NCBI GenBank assembly: GCA_051747665.1
Contig: JBNJGK010000001.1
Span: 7,871-71,870, forward strand
Direction of reading: 5' to 3'
Source: Bacteroidota bacterium
GTDB taxonomy: Bacteria > Bacteroidota > Bacteroidia > Bacteroidales > JAIPAH01
Length of the DNA: 64,000 nt
Positions 57,701 through 64,000 of the stretch are shown piece after piece (the first letter of the stretch is position 1; each line of letters begins with the position of its first letter). Under the pieces are notes generated by a model, which saw nothing but the letters and a program-made list of their open reading frames with translations, was not told the DNA's origin and did no database searches. Position numbers and translations under genes: made by a program.

Positions 57701-60288
57701 ATGGAGCTTAGTGCGCCGTTCCATCCATCGCCTTCAGGCACTTTCAAGCCCACATAATGACTATAGGGAGAGTATTTGATTTGTGAAACTGTCCTGCTGA
57801 ATTCGCCTGACTGCTCAAAAGCCCGAATACTGAAGTTGGCCGACAAAAATCCCGGAGCACGTTTATCGGTAGTTATTTCAGGGCTTATTTGGGCAGTTCC
57901 CTGCTCGTTTAGCCTTCCGTCAAAAATCACTTTAGTATCGGGTTGCCACTTTTTTGTGGGGTCACTAAAGGTGTAGTTCTCATATGTTTTAAATGAGGTT
58001 TTGGTACTGGCAAGCCTCATTTCTATATCCGCCTTCACGTTTGCGGCAGGAGCGCCATGAAGCCATTTCACAGAAAGGGTTCCTTCTGTGTTTTTGTCGT
58101 CATGATAAATGAATTTTTGGCCAAAATCGAAATCAATCTTAAGGCGGTTTGGTTTAATGGTTTCAATCCGGATAGGTTTTGTGAACCTGATTCCTCCCAA
58201 ATCAGCCTGTAAGGTGTATTTTCCTGTAATCGCATCCTGGGCGGTTTTATCTCTGAAGACGAATAGTTTTTGATTTTCTGTTTTTATCGTTTGACGGGAA
58301 ACAAGTCGGCCTCTTGGGTCGGTGAGCTCAAACGACACGGGTAGTTCGGCTGGCAAAACCTGGTTTGCATCTTCCAGCATTAAACTTATAAACAGCGAAT
58401 CTCCCGGTCGCCATACATTTCTTTCGCCATACAAAAAACCTTTGATTCCCTTTTCAGCGGTAGCGCCACCCACATCAAACATGCTGGTCGACAGCGAAGA
58501 GCCGTCATCAATGCGTAAATAACCAAATTCATTCTGTTTTTTAGCTACAACAAAAAAGCCTTTTCCGTCAAGCTTTACAACCGCTTTTCCGTTTCCATTG
58601 GTTGTGGCTTTTCCAACCGGGCGTTTCTGAAAATTGAAAACCTGAACATCAACATCAGGTACCGGATCGGTAGTGGTTATATTACGAATATCAACATGCA
58701 AGTTTTCTGTTTCACCCTGCTTTGCAATAATGCCAAAGTTTGAAGCCAATACATTTTTAGAAACAGCTCGGTTATAGCGCATATAATATGCTTTGCTGCA
58801 TGGGTTATCGCGATTTTTCCAATCGTAAGGCTCACTGTAGTCTACATGATTAAAACCATTCCAACTCCAATATTTGGTGTCGTTTTCATTTTCATGCGTA
58901 AGACTAAAATCAGGGTTAATACTTTCAGTCGGTTCCTCAGTGTCTTCGGGGCAGTTGTATAGAGACTGCGACCGGTTGAAATTGAGCTGAACCTGGTAAA
59001 TAGCGCCGGGTTCTGATGTAATAAACTCAGAAAGGTCTAAACGGTAAGTGTTCCATTCGTTTAAATTGGTTGCGCCTTGATTGTCAAGAGACATATCTCC
59101 CTGAAAAACAATCCTGCCAACACGCTTCAATTGTTTATCACCATCATAGGAGTTTACCTGAAAGAACTGAAAGATATTATCCTCGAAAATTCGTATGATA
59201 CGGACATTTACAGCTTTTAGGCTAACAGCTTTGAAAGGAAGTGTTAAATTTTGCGATGAAGGCAGAATATTTCCTTTTCCTGTAAAAGCTACTTTTGGCG
59301 CCGGGGTTGTAAAGGTAATAGTAGACTGATAACGAGCATCAAGTTTATAACCCATTGTATTCTGCAAGGCCTGGTCTATTTGAAGCAGGTACTCGTCCTG
59401 CAATCTGTTTTCAGGAAACACTTTTAATTGGTTTCCCGAAACGGCAAATCGCAGCGGTTGATCGCTGTCTGTCCTCACTAATCCGCGCAAATCCTGTTTA
59501 GCATTCAAAGGATCTGAAAACTTAATTAAAATGTGCTGGTCTGGCTCTTGAATTACTTCAACCTGCATAACTTTGAAGAGATCGAGGGGAGGCACATCAT
59601 AGGTTTTACTTATTTTCTTATCGGCATCAATAGCCTTGCCCTGGAATGCCATTTTTACTTTAGTGATTTCTTTTGAACGTTTCACAGAATCTATCGTAAA
59701 ATAATGGGTTCGTCCGTCGGCAGTTGATGTCCAGCTTACAGGTAAATCGCTTCCGGCTTGTTCTGCGGTCAGAAATTCATTTAAATTGCCTGCTTTAACA
59801 AAATCAGCGGTAGTAATTTTTCCTTTAAGCATTTGATTGCTGAGATCATAGTCGTTGTAAGCTTCAATGCCCTCTATATCAACAGAATATTGTTGCTTTT
59901 CGGTCTGCACTTCAAAAGAAAATATTTCATATGAATCCGGTACTTCCTGTAATGAGCCTAACCGGAAGCTGATTTTCAGGCGCTTGTTATGGGGTAAAGG
60001 TTCATCCGGCTGAAAAATAAGGGTGTAGTCATCCGGGAATGAAACATTTCCTTTAACAGAAGGCTTTATCTTGAAAAGGTCTTCGGCTTTTTCTTTTTGG
60101 TTTTTATTCAGCGCTTCTTTAAAAATGATTTTTATATCAGACTTAGAGGAGATAACTCCGGAAGTAAAGCCTGAGATATAGTCAGAAAATCCGCTGTCAG
60201 GTGTTGCCGGTTTTTCTTTTTTTGGTCCACAGCTACTGATTACTATGACGGAAAGCACTAAAAAGGGCAGGTGTTTTATGAATTTCAT
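54718..60288 (-). CDS. Bacterial alpha-2-macroglobulin (YfhM/ECAM-like) lipoprotein with a thioester motif
   Basis: Start reset to MKFIKHLPFLVLSVIVISS-C (lipobox), giving ~1856 aa. The thioester site is YPHGCLEQ. The ORF-track start at 60606 reads through a tRNA gene and its promoter. Confidence 0.9.
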   Translation of the reverse strand: MKFIKHLPFLVLSVIVISSCGPKKEKPATPDSGFSDYISGFTSGVISSKSDIKIIFKEALNKNQKEKAEDLFKIKPSVKGNVSFPDDYTLIFQPDEPLPHNKRLKISFRLGSLQEVPDSYEIFSFEVQTEKQQYSVDIEGIEAYNDYDLSNQMLKGKITTADFVKAGNLNEFLTAEQAGSDLPVSWTSTADGRTHYFTIDSVKRSKEITKVKMAFQGKAIDADKKISKTYDVPPLDLFKVMQVEVIQEPDQHILIKFSDPLNAKQDLRGLVRTDSDQPLRFAVSGNQLKVFPENRLQDEYLLQIDQALQNTMGYKLDARYQSTITFTTPAPKVAFTGKGNILPSSQNLTLPFKAVSLKAVNVRIIRIFEDNIFQFFQVNSYDGDKQLKRVGRIVFQGDMSLDNQGATNLNEWNTYRLDLSEFITSEPGAIYQVQLNFNRSQSLYNCPEDTEEPTESINPDFSLTHENENDTKYWSWNGFNHVDYSEPYDWKNRDNPCSKAYYMRYNRAVSKNVLASNFGIIAKQGETENLHVDIRNITTTDPVPDVDVQVFNFQKRPVGKATTNGNGKAVVKLDGKGFFVVAKKQNEFGYLRIDDGSSLSTSMFDVGGATAEKGIKGFLYGERNVWRPGDSLFISLMLEDANQVLPAELPVSFELTDPRGRLVSRQTIKTENQKLFVFRDKTAQDAITGKYTLQADLGGIRFTKPIRIETIKPNRLKIDFDFGQKFIYHDDKNTEGTLSVKWLHGAPAANVKADIEMRLASTKTSFKTYENYTFSDPTKKWQPDTKVIFDGRLNEQGTAQISPEITTDKRAPGFLSANFSIRAFEQSGEFSRTVSQIKYSPYSHYVGLKVPEGDGWNGALSSMKKHRIPIASLNEKGEKASRNIIVQVYKINWNWWWENRNNDDLSRFVSNQHGELVEETTIKTVAGEGNYTLDLSGRYWGRLLIRITDTSSGHSAGQLVMMDYPGWWENKQDQAPGGAEMLTFSLNKDRFKTGETAQIKIPSAKENRILVSVENHNKILHSDWIDSKQEFTEYSFEITPEMAPNAYVFVSMVQPHSQTANDRPIRMYGVEPLFVDNPQSHLEPEITMPGELTPEQEVEITVSEKNGHAMQYTLAIVDEGLLDITAFSTPDPWAHFNARRALGVKTWDLYNDVLGAFTGRYSGLLKPGGGVEIDPDAGNQSANRFKPVVKFFGPIKLEQNKQQTHTFRMPNYVGSVRTMLVAAQNQKYGSAETTTPVKKPLMALATAPRTLKPGDIMDVPVTVIAMDASVSDVNIDFNVNEALTVLGNHKQKITFQKPGEKVVPFRVKAREKPGMGTFEVTASDDKETSRYSVELNIVPASPPVTKATQKTLDPGETILLDYATFGIEGTNNTILEASALAPLNLEKRLDYLVSYPHGCLEQIVSGAFPQLYLSSLMNLSSENQKKIQDNINAAIQAISKFHNDNGGFSYWPSSENPTHEWTTSYTGHFLLEAEKKGFYVPDNLITKWLSYQQRASRNFTIANGSHNQQNLNQAYRLYTMALGGEASAGDMNRLREQENTGEKTNWRLAAAYALDGKQSIAEKITGRLSTNPEAKQNSTSTFGSELRDLAMILETMALINDRERGTKLLRDIASMLSEEQWYSTHETAFALLSAAKFTDEMNLSKTINFAYAVNQKPTEKAVTDAAVYRINPDIYKNPEGTIEITNDGEGTLFISLFEKGIPLAGSEEKIRNDLFMDIKYFDMEGNPLETEKIIQGTDIIVETKITHPGMRGDYQNLALTHIMPSGWEIRNQRLHSWQDESIDIHQPDYQDIRDDRIYTYFDLNRNQTKKFRFKVNATYTGKYYLPGISCNAMYDNSIQAFEPGRQIEITKPGNAE

Positions 60289-60396
60289 CTCACTGGTATT
60301 TGATTTGCGAGTAAATATCCTGAAAAATGCTGAATAATAAAACCAGAAGCAGCATTTTTTTGGGGTCGTGCATAAAATGGAAGGAAGTGCAAATAA

Positions 60397-60423
60397 AAAA
60401 GGCCGGAAAAACTCCAGCCTTTT
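60397..60423 (-). terminator. Stem-loop immediately downstream of tRNA-Val
   Basis: On the minus strand, AAAAGGCUGG-N7-CCGGCCUUUU forms a 10-bp stem with one G-U pair, followed by a U-rich tract. Confidence 0.6.
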
Positions 60424-60425
60424 GA

Positions 60426-60503
60426 TGGTGGGTGATGCTAGATTCGAACTAGCGACCCTCTGCTTGTAAGGCAGATGCTCTGAACCAACTGAGCTAATCA
60501 CCC
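60426..60503 (-). tRNA. tRNA-Val (anticodon TAC), CCA-encoded
   Basis: Reverse complement: GGGTGATTAGCTCAGTTGGTTCAGAGCATCTGCCTTACAAGCAGAGGGTCGCTAGTTCGAATCTAGCATCACCCACCA. It has a 7-bp acceptor stem, an anticodon stem TCTGC/GCAGA with loop CTTACAA, and a T-arm GTTCGAATC. Confidence 0.93.
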
Positions 60504-60576
60504 GTAATAAATTTTTTTTAGAACGCTTGATGGCATTGTAATGCTTTGTTTCGCTGCCATCCCGCAAATGCGGTTG

Positions 60577-60606
60577 CAAATATACAGCAAAAAAAATTAC
60601 TTCCAA
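60577..60606 (-). promoter_or_regulatory. Full Bacteroidetes-type promoter TTG-N19-TATATTTG upstream of tRNA-Val
   Basis: On the minus strand the -33 TTG is at 60606..60604, the spacer is 19 nt, and the -7 TATATTTG is at 60584..60577. This lies ~74 nt upstream of the mature tRNA 5' end. Confidence 0.55.
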
Positions 60607-60751
60607 GAACAGGGTTAAAAAAATTCATTTTTTCTTTTTGTATTTTGATTTGCTATGGGGTAGGGGTTTGTAAGTACCACAAAGCCAGCAATATAAAATT
60701 TTGGTGGTAAACAGGCCCAAAGGTGGAATATTAACTATTTTTGTACGCAGC

Positions 60752-63103
60752 ATGAAAACGTATCAATTTACACGCTTTTTAGTATTTGCAGCAGTGCTTG
60801 GTATAGCTGCATTAACGGGTTGTATTCCTTCAAAGCGTCTGAATGACAGACCTCTGTTAAAAGACAATGAAGTTCAGGTAGAAGGAACTAAAAAGATAGA
60901 CAAAGGCACGCTTTCGGGTTTTATTCAGCAAGAATCAAACGCCCGGATTTTAGGTGTTTTGTGGTTTAAGCCCTGGCTTTATGAAAAACTTGACAGAGAA
61001 GACCCAAGCAAAGTGAATGAATGGATGACACGGAATTTTGCTGAACCACCGGTGTATTTTGATAAGTCGCTTGCAATTGCTTCTGCCTCACAAATGGAAG
61101 AATGGCTCTTCTCAAAGGGCTATTTTAATGCTAATGTAAAACATCAAGTAGATGATAATGATAAAGCCACTGTAAGGTATGATATAAAAACCGGTAAACC
61201 CTATCGTATACAGAATATCGAATACAGCTTTAGTGATACCACCCTGAAGCCATTTGTATTTGCTGACACCAGCAATTCTTTGGTTAAAGAAGGTGATATT
61301 TATGATGTGGATATGCTTGATGATGAGCGCGGCAGGATAACACAGCACCTTAGAGAAAAAGGCTATTATAAGTTCAGCAAAGACTTTATTCGTTATCGTG
61401 TTGATAGCGCGCTAAGCAAGCACCGGCTGGATTTGTTTATAGATCTTTTACCCAAAAAAGTGTTAAACCGCCCTGATACTGCTGACCTCATTGTACCTCA
61501 TAAGCGTTACAAAATTGATGAAATCATTATAAATCCTGATCAAACCATCTTTTCTGATGAATCGGAAGCAGATACCCTTGTGATGCACTACAGAAAAAAC
61601 AAAAAGGCCACAGATAGCACAACATTGAAATTTGTTCATGATAAACAGATGAAGGTGAAGCCAAAGGTTTATGCCCGACGGATATCTCTGAAAAACGATG
61701 GCTATTACGATTTCAGAAAAGTGCAGAAAACATACAATGGACTTGCCGGGCTGAATATTACCCAATTTGTGAGTATGGATTTCCCTGAAGGTGCAGGCAA
61801 AAGCAGCAGTGATACGTTAGGGTATCTTGATTGTAAAATTCGGATCAATCGCCGGGATATTCATTCAGTAAGTGTGGAAACCGAAGGCACTAACACTGCC
61901 GGCCGCCCCGGAATTGCTGCCCGTTTGGTTTATCAGAATAAAAATATCTTCAAAGGGGGAGAAGTGCTTGATCTGAGCCTTAGCGGCGCGTTGGAGGCGC
62001 AGTCGAACACATCCCTGAGCCAGGATGAAGGTTTCTTGTTTTTTAATACTGTAGAGGGTGGAGCGGATATTAGCCTGAACTTGCCGAAGTTCATGCTGCC
62101 GGTTAGCCCCGAATTCTTTACAAGAGATTATCATCCCACAACCAACATCCGCGGAGGGTATAATTACCAGCAAAGGACTGATTACATACGTTACCTGGCA
62201 AATGTTTCATTGGGCTACCGCTGGCGGCAGTCGCAAGCCAAGCAGCATATTCTTACGCCAATAGATATCAATGCGATTAAAATTTATACGGAGCCAGGGT
62301 TTCAGGAAAGGCTCTCTCAGTTGGATCAAAAATATCAGGAGCAATATACCGATCACCTCATTGCTTCCATGAAATATGCTTTTATCTGGAATACGCAGAA
62401 CGTGAGTCAGAACCAGGACTTTTTCTTCTTACGTGCAAACGTAGAAACATCCGGCTTACTGTTGAATTTTCTTAATGAAAATGCGGGATTGGGCCAGCAA
62501 CAAAATGACTATGCTACGCTCTTTAACATTCGGTTTTCGCAGTTTCTAAGAACCGACTTTGATTTCCGTTACTACCATTATCTTGATAAAGGCAACACAC
62601 TCGTTTTCCGATCGATGATGGGTATTGGTTTGCCTTACGGAAACTCTGAGTCATTGCCTTTTGAGAAAGGATTTTATGCCGGTGGTGCTAACGGACTGCG
62701 AGGCTGGGAGTTACGGTCTGTGGGGCCAGGAGGTTACAGTGATCCTGAGGAGGCTCGTTATGATCGTATAGGCGATATTTTGATGGAATTCAGTGCAGAA
62801 TATCGTTTCCCGATATACAGCTATCTTAATGGAGCCTTATTTGCCGACGCTGGAAATATCTGGCGGCTGAATAAAAGCACTGCATACCCTAACGGTCATT
62901 TTAAAGCAGATCGTTTTTTAAACCAAATGGCAGTGGACGCCGGCTTAGGCTTTAGGGTTGACTTGCAGTTTTTTATTGTCAGGGTTGATGCCGCTATGCC
63001 GATAAGACTACCTGAAAAGGAGCCTGGAAACCGCTGGCGGTATGTTTTTGACATGAAATTCAAAGACCTTGTTTGGAATTTTGGGATTGGTTATCCGTTT
63101 TAA
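60752..63103 (+). CDS. Omp85-superfamily outer-membrane protein with a lipobox (TamL-like lipidated TamA/BamA homologue)
   Basis: Start reset to MKTYQFTRFLVFAAVLGIAALTG-C (lipobox). POTRA-like repeats, a C-terminal bacterial-surface-antigen barrel (...GFYAGGANGLRGW...) and a terminal ...GIGYPF. Confidence 0.75.
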   Translation: MKTYQFTRFLVFAAVLGIAALTGCIPSKRLNDRPLLKDNEVQVEGTKKIDKGTLSGFIQQESNARILGVLWFKPWLYEKLDREDPSKVNEWMTRNFAEPPVYFDKSLAIASASQMEEWLFSKGYFNANVKHQVDDNDKATVRYDIKTGKPYRIQNIEYSFSDTTLKPFVFADTSNSLVKEGDIYDVDMLDDERGRITQHLREKGYYKFSKDFIRYRVDSALSKHRLDLFIDLLPKKVLNRPDTADLIVPHKRYKIDEIIINPDQTIFSDESEADTLVMHYRKNKKATDSTTLKFVHDKQMKVKPKVYARRISLKNDGYYDFRKVQKTYNGLAGLNITQFVSMDFPEGAGKSSSDTLGYLDCKIRINRRDIHSVSVETEGTNTAGRPGIAARLVYQNKNIFKGGEVLDLSLSGALEAQSNTSLSQDEGFLFFNTVEGGADISLNLPKFMLPVSPEFFTRDYHPTTNIRGGYNYQQRTDYIRYLANVSLGYRWRQSQAKQHILTPIDINAIKIYTEPGFQERLSQLDQKYQEQYTDHLIASMKYAFIWNTQNVSQNQDFFFLRANVETSGLLLNFLNENAGLGQQQNDYATLFNIRFSQFLRTDFDFRYYHYLDKGNTLVFRSMMGIGLPYGNSESLPFEKGFYAGGANGLRGWELRSVGPGGYSDPEEARYDRIGDILMEFSAEYRFPIYSYLNGALFADAGNIWRLNKSTAYPNGHFKADRFLNQMAVDAGLGFRVDLQFFIVRVDAAMPIRLPEKEPGNRWRYVFDMKFKDLVWNFGIGYPF

Positions 63104-63125
63104 GACAGATTTTGCTTTCACGGTT

Positions 63126-63152
63126 TTGCATCCAAAAGTTTTTATAATTTTG
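63126..63152 (+). promoter_or_regulatory. Promoter-like TTG-N16-TAATTTTG upstream of dnaX
   Basis: TTG at 63126..63128 and an exact -7 box at 63145..63152, 18 nt upstream of the ATG at 63171. Confidence 0.45.
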
Positions 63153-63170
63153 ACATGAAATAGTAGCGAT

Positions 63171-64000
63171 ATGGATAATTATGTTGTTTCGGCACGAAAA
63201 TACAGGCCGGCAAGCTTTAAAGAGGTTGTAGGGCAGGAAGCCATTACTTCTACTCTGAAGAATGCCATCAAAAATGATCAGTTAGCACAATCGTTTTTGT
63301 TTTGCGGCCCCCGTGGTGTAGGGAAGACCACTTGTGCAAGAATAATGGCGCAAACCATCAATTGCCAGGCTATCACAGAAGAGGGAGAGGCCTGCAATGA
63401 ATGCGATTCATGCAAGCGCTTTAAAGAGAACACTTCCTTTAATATTCATGAACTGGATGCCGCTTCCAATAATTCCGTGGATGATATTCGCAGCCTTGTA
63501 GACCAGGTTCGTATCCCGCCGCAGGATGGAAAATATAAAGTCTATATCATTGATGAGGTGCATATGCTTTCGCCACAAGCGTTTAATGCTTTTCTGAAAA
63601 CATTGGAAGAACCACCGTCATATGCTAAGTTTATCCTGGCTACTACCGAAAAACATAAGATCATACCTACGATTTTATCGCGCTGTCAGATTTTTGATTT
63701 CAAAAGGATACAGGTAAAAGATATTGTAGCGCATCTGCAAAGCGTAAGCCAAAGCGAAGGCGTGAATGCTGAAACAGATGGTTTGCAGATTATTGCTCAA
63801 AAAGCCGATGGCGCTTTACGCGATGCGCTCTCAATTTTTGATCAGATCGTCAGCTTCGCCGGTAAAACATTTACCTATCAGGATGTGATTGATAACTTGA
63901 ATGTGCTGGATTATGATTATTATTTCAGATTGATTGACAGCGCGTTAAGAAACGATACTTCTACGGCATTGCTTACGCTGAATGAAATTATTGATGCTGG
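63171..64000 (+). CDS. dnaX: DNA polymerase III subunit gamma/tau, 5' portion (continues beyond the window)
   Basis: Not in the ORF track because it has no stop in the window. My translation is MDNYVVSARKYRPASFKEVVGQEAITSTLKNAIKNDQLAQSFLFCGPRGVGKTTCARI...VYIIDEVHML..., which shows the clamp-loader AAA+ motifs and a Cys4 zinc module. Confidence 0.9.
   Translation, partial: MDNYVVSARKYRPASFKEVVGQEAITSTLKNAIKNDQLAQSFLFCGPRGVGKTTCARIMAQTINCQAITEEGEACNECDSCKRFKENTSFNIHELDAASNNSVDDIRSLVDQVRIPPQDGKYKVYIIDEVHMLSPQAFNAFLKTLEEPPSYAKFILATTEKHKIIPTILSRCQIFDFKRIQVKDIVAHLQSVSQSEGVNAETDGLQIIAQKADGALRDALSIFDQIVSFAGKTFTYQDVIDNLNVLDYDYYFRLIDSALRNDTSTALLTLNEIIDA

Noticed and set aside
52301-60503. The alpha-2-macroglobulin/pbpC pair as a genomic island integrated at tRNA-Val
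   Set aside because: There is no integrase or mobility gene. I could not find a direct repeat of the tRNA 3' end at the distal boundary (52301..52360 shares only GATGCT with it). I saw no obvious compositional break by eye.
60289-60606. A 106-codon N-terminal extension of the alpha-2-macroglobulin ORF, giving 1962 aa in the ORF track
   Set aside because: The extension is translated straight through tRNA-Val (60426..60503, giving the tell-tale ...VGSEHLPYKQRVASSNLA...), its terminator and its promoter. The real protein starts at the lipobox-bearing Met at 60288.
1-64000. A window-wide search for CRISPR arrays, transposases, integrases, phage genes, toxin-antitoxin pairs, reverse transcriptases, rRNA and further tRNAs
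   Set aside because: I saw no regularly spaced direct repeats and no recognisable mobility, RT or phage protein motifs in any frame. The only stable-RNA gene I can support is tRNA-Val. A scan by eye cannot exclude small or degenerate elements.

Overview
The window is a densely packed, mostly core-genome stretch of about 55 protein genes that looks like a member of the Bacteroidota. Three observations support that assignment. A gldB-like gliding lipoprotein and a lipidated Omp85 (TamL-like) protein are present. Start codons lack Shine-Dalgarno sequences. The Bacteroidetes -7 promoter box TAnnTTTG recurs 17-40 nt upstream of many starts.

Recognisable housekeeping genes are uvrC, thiL, frr, pyrH, secA, nadE, trmB, kdsB, ispE, tgt, hutU, a NifU/Mrp pair, an LptF/G permease and a 5' fragment of dnaX. 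There is one tRNA-Val(TAC). The window also holds an OmpR-type two-component operon and a thioester alpha-2-macroglobulin/PbpC operon.

I found no CRISPR array, transposase, integrase, phage gene or obvious defence island. I cannot point to a convincing multi-gene novel system.

The observations the gene models do not explain, in rough order of interest:
1. A ~125-nt AT-rich element is present twice in inverted orientation (4722..4843 and 24464..24591). The copies sit in the two largest non-coding gaps. Copy B has a promoter-like and a terminator-like signal, so it is a candidate sRNA or regulatory RNA family.
2. A tiny secreted Lys/Asp/Cys-rich repeat protein is divergently paired with the two-component operon. 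The shared spacer carries four helically phased GTTAA repeats and a 14-bp perfect palindrome.
3. Two paralogous lipoprotein genes of unknown function lie in tandem between pyrH and secA.
4. An alkyltransferase-like (Cys to Ala) MGMT-family protein is translationally coupled to trmB.
5. A TamL-like lipidated Omp85 has no adjacent tamB.

Several ORF-track starts are probably too long, and I moved them using signal peptides, family N-termini and -7 boxes. All similarity statements are by-eye motif recognition. No database search was run.
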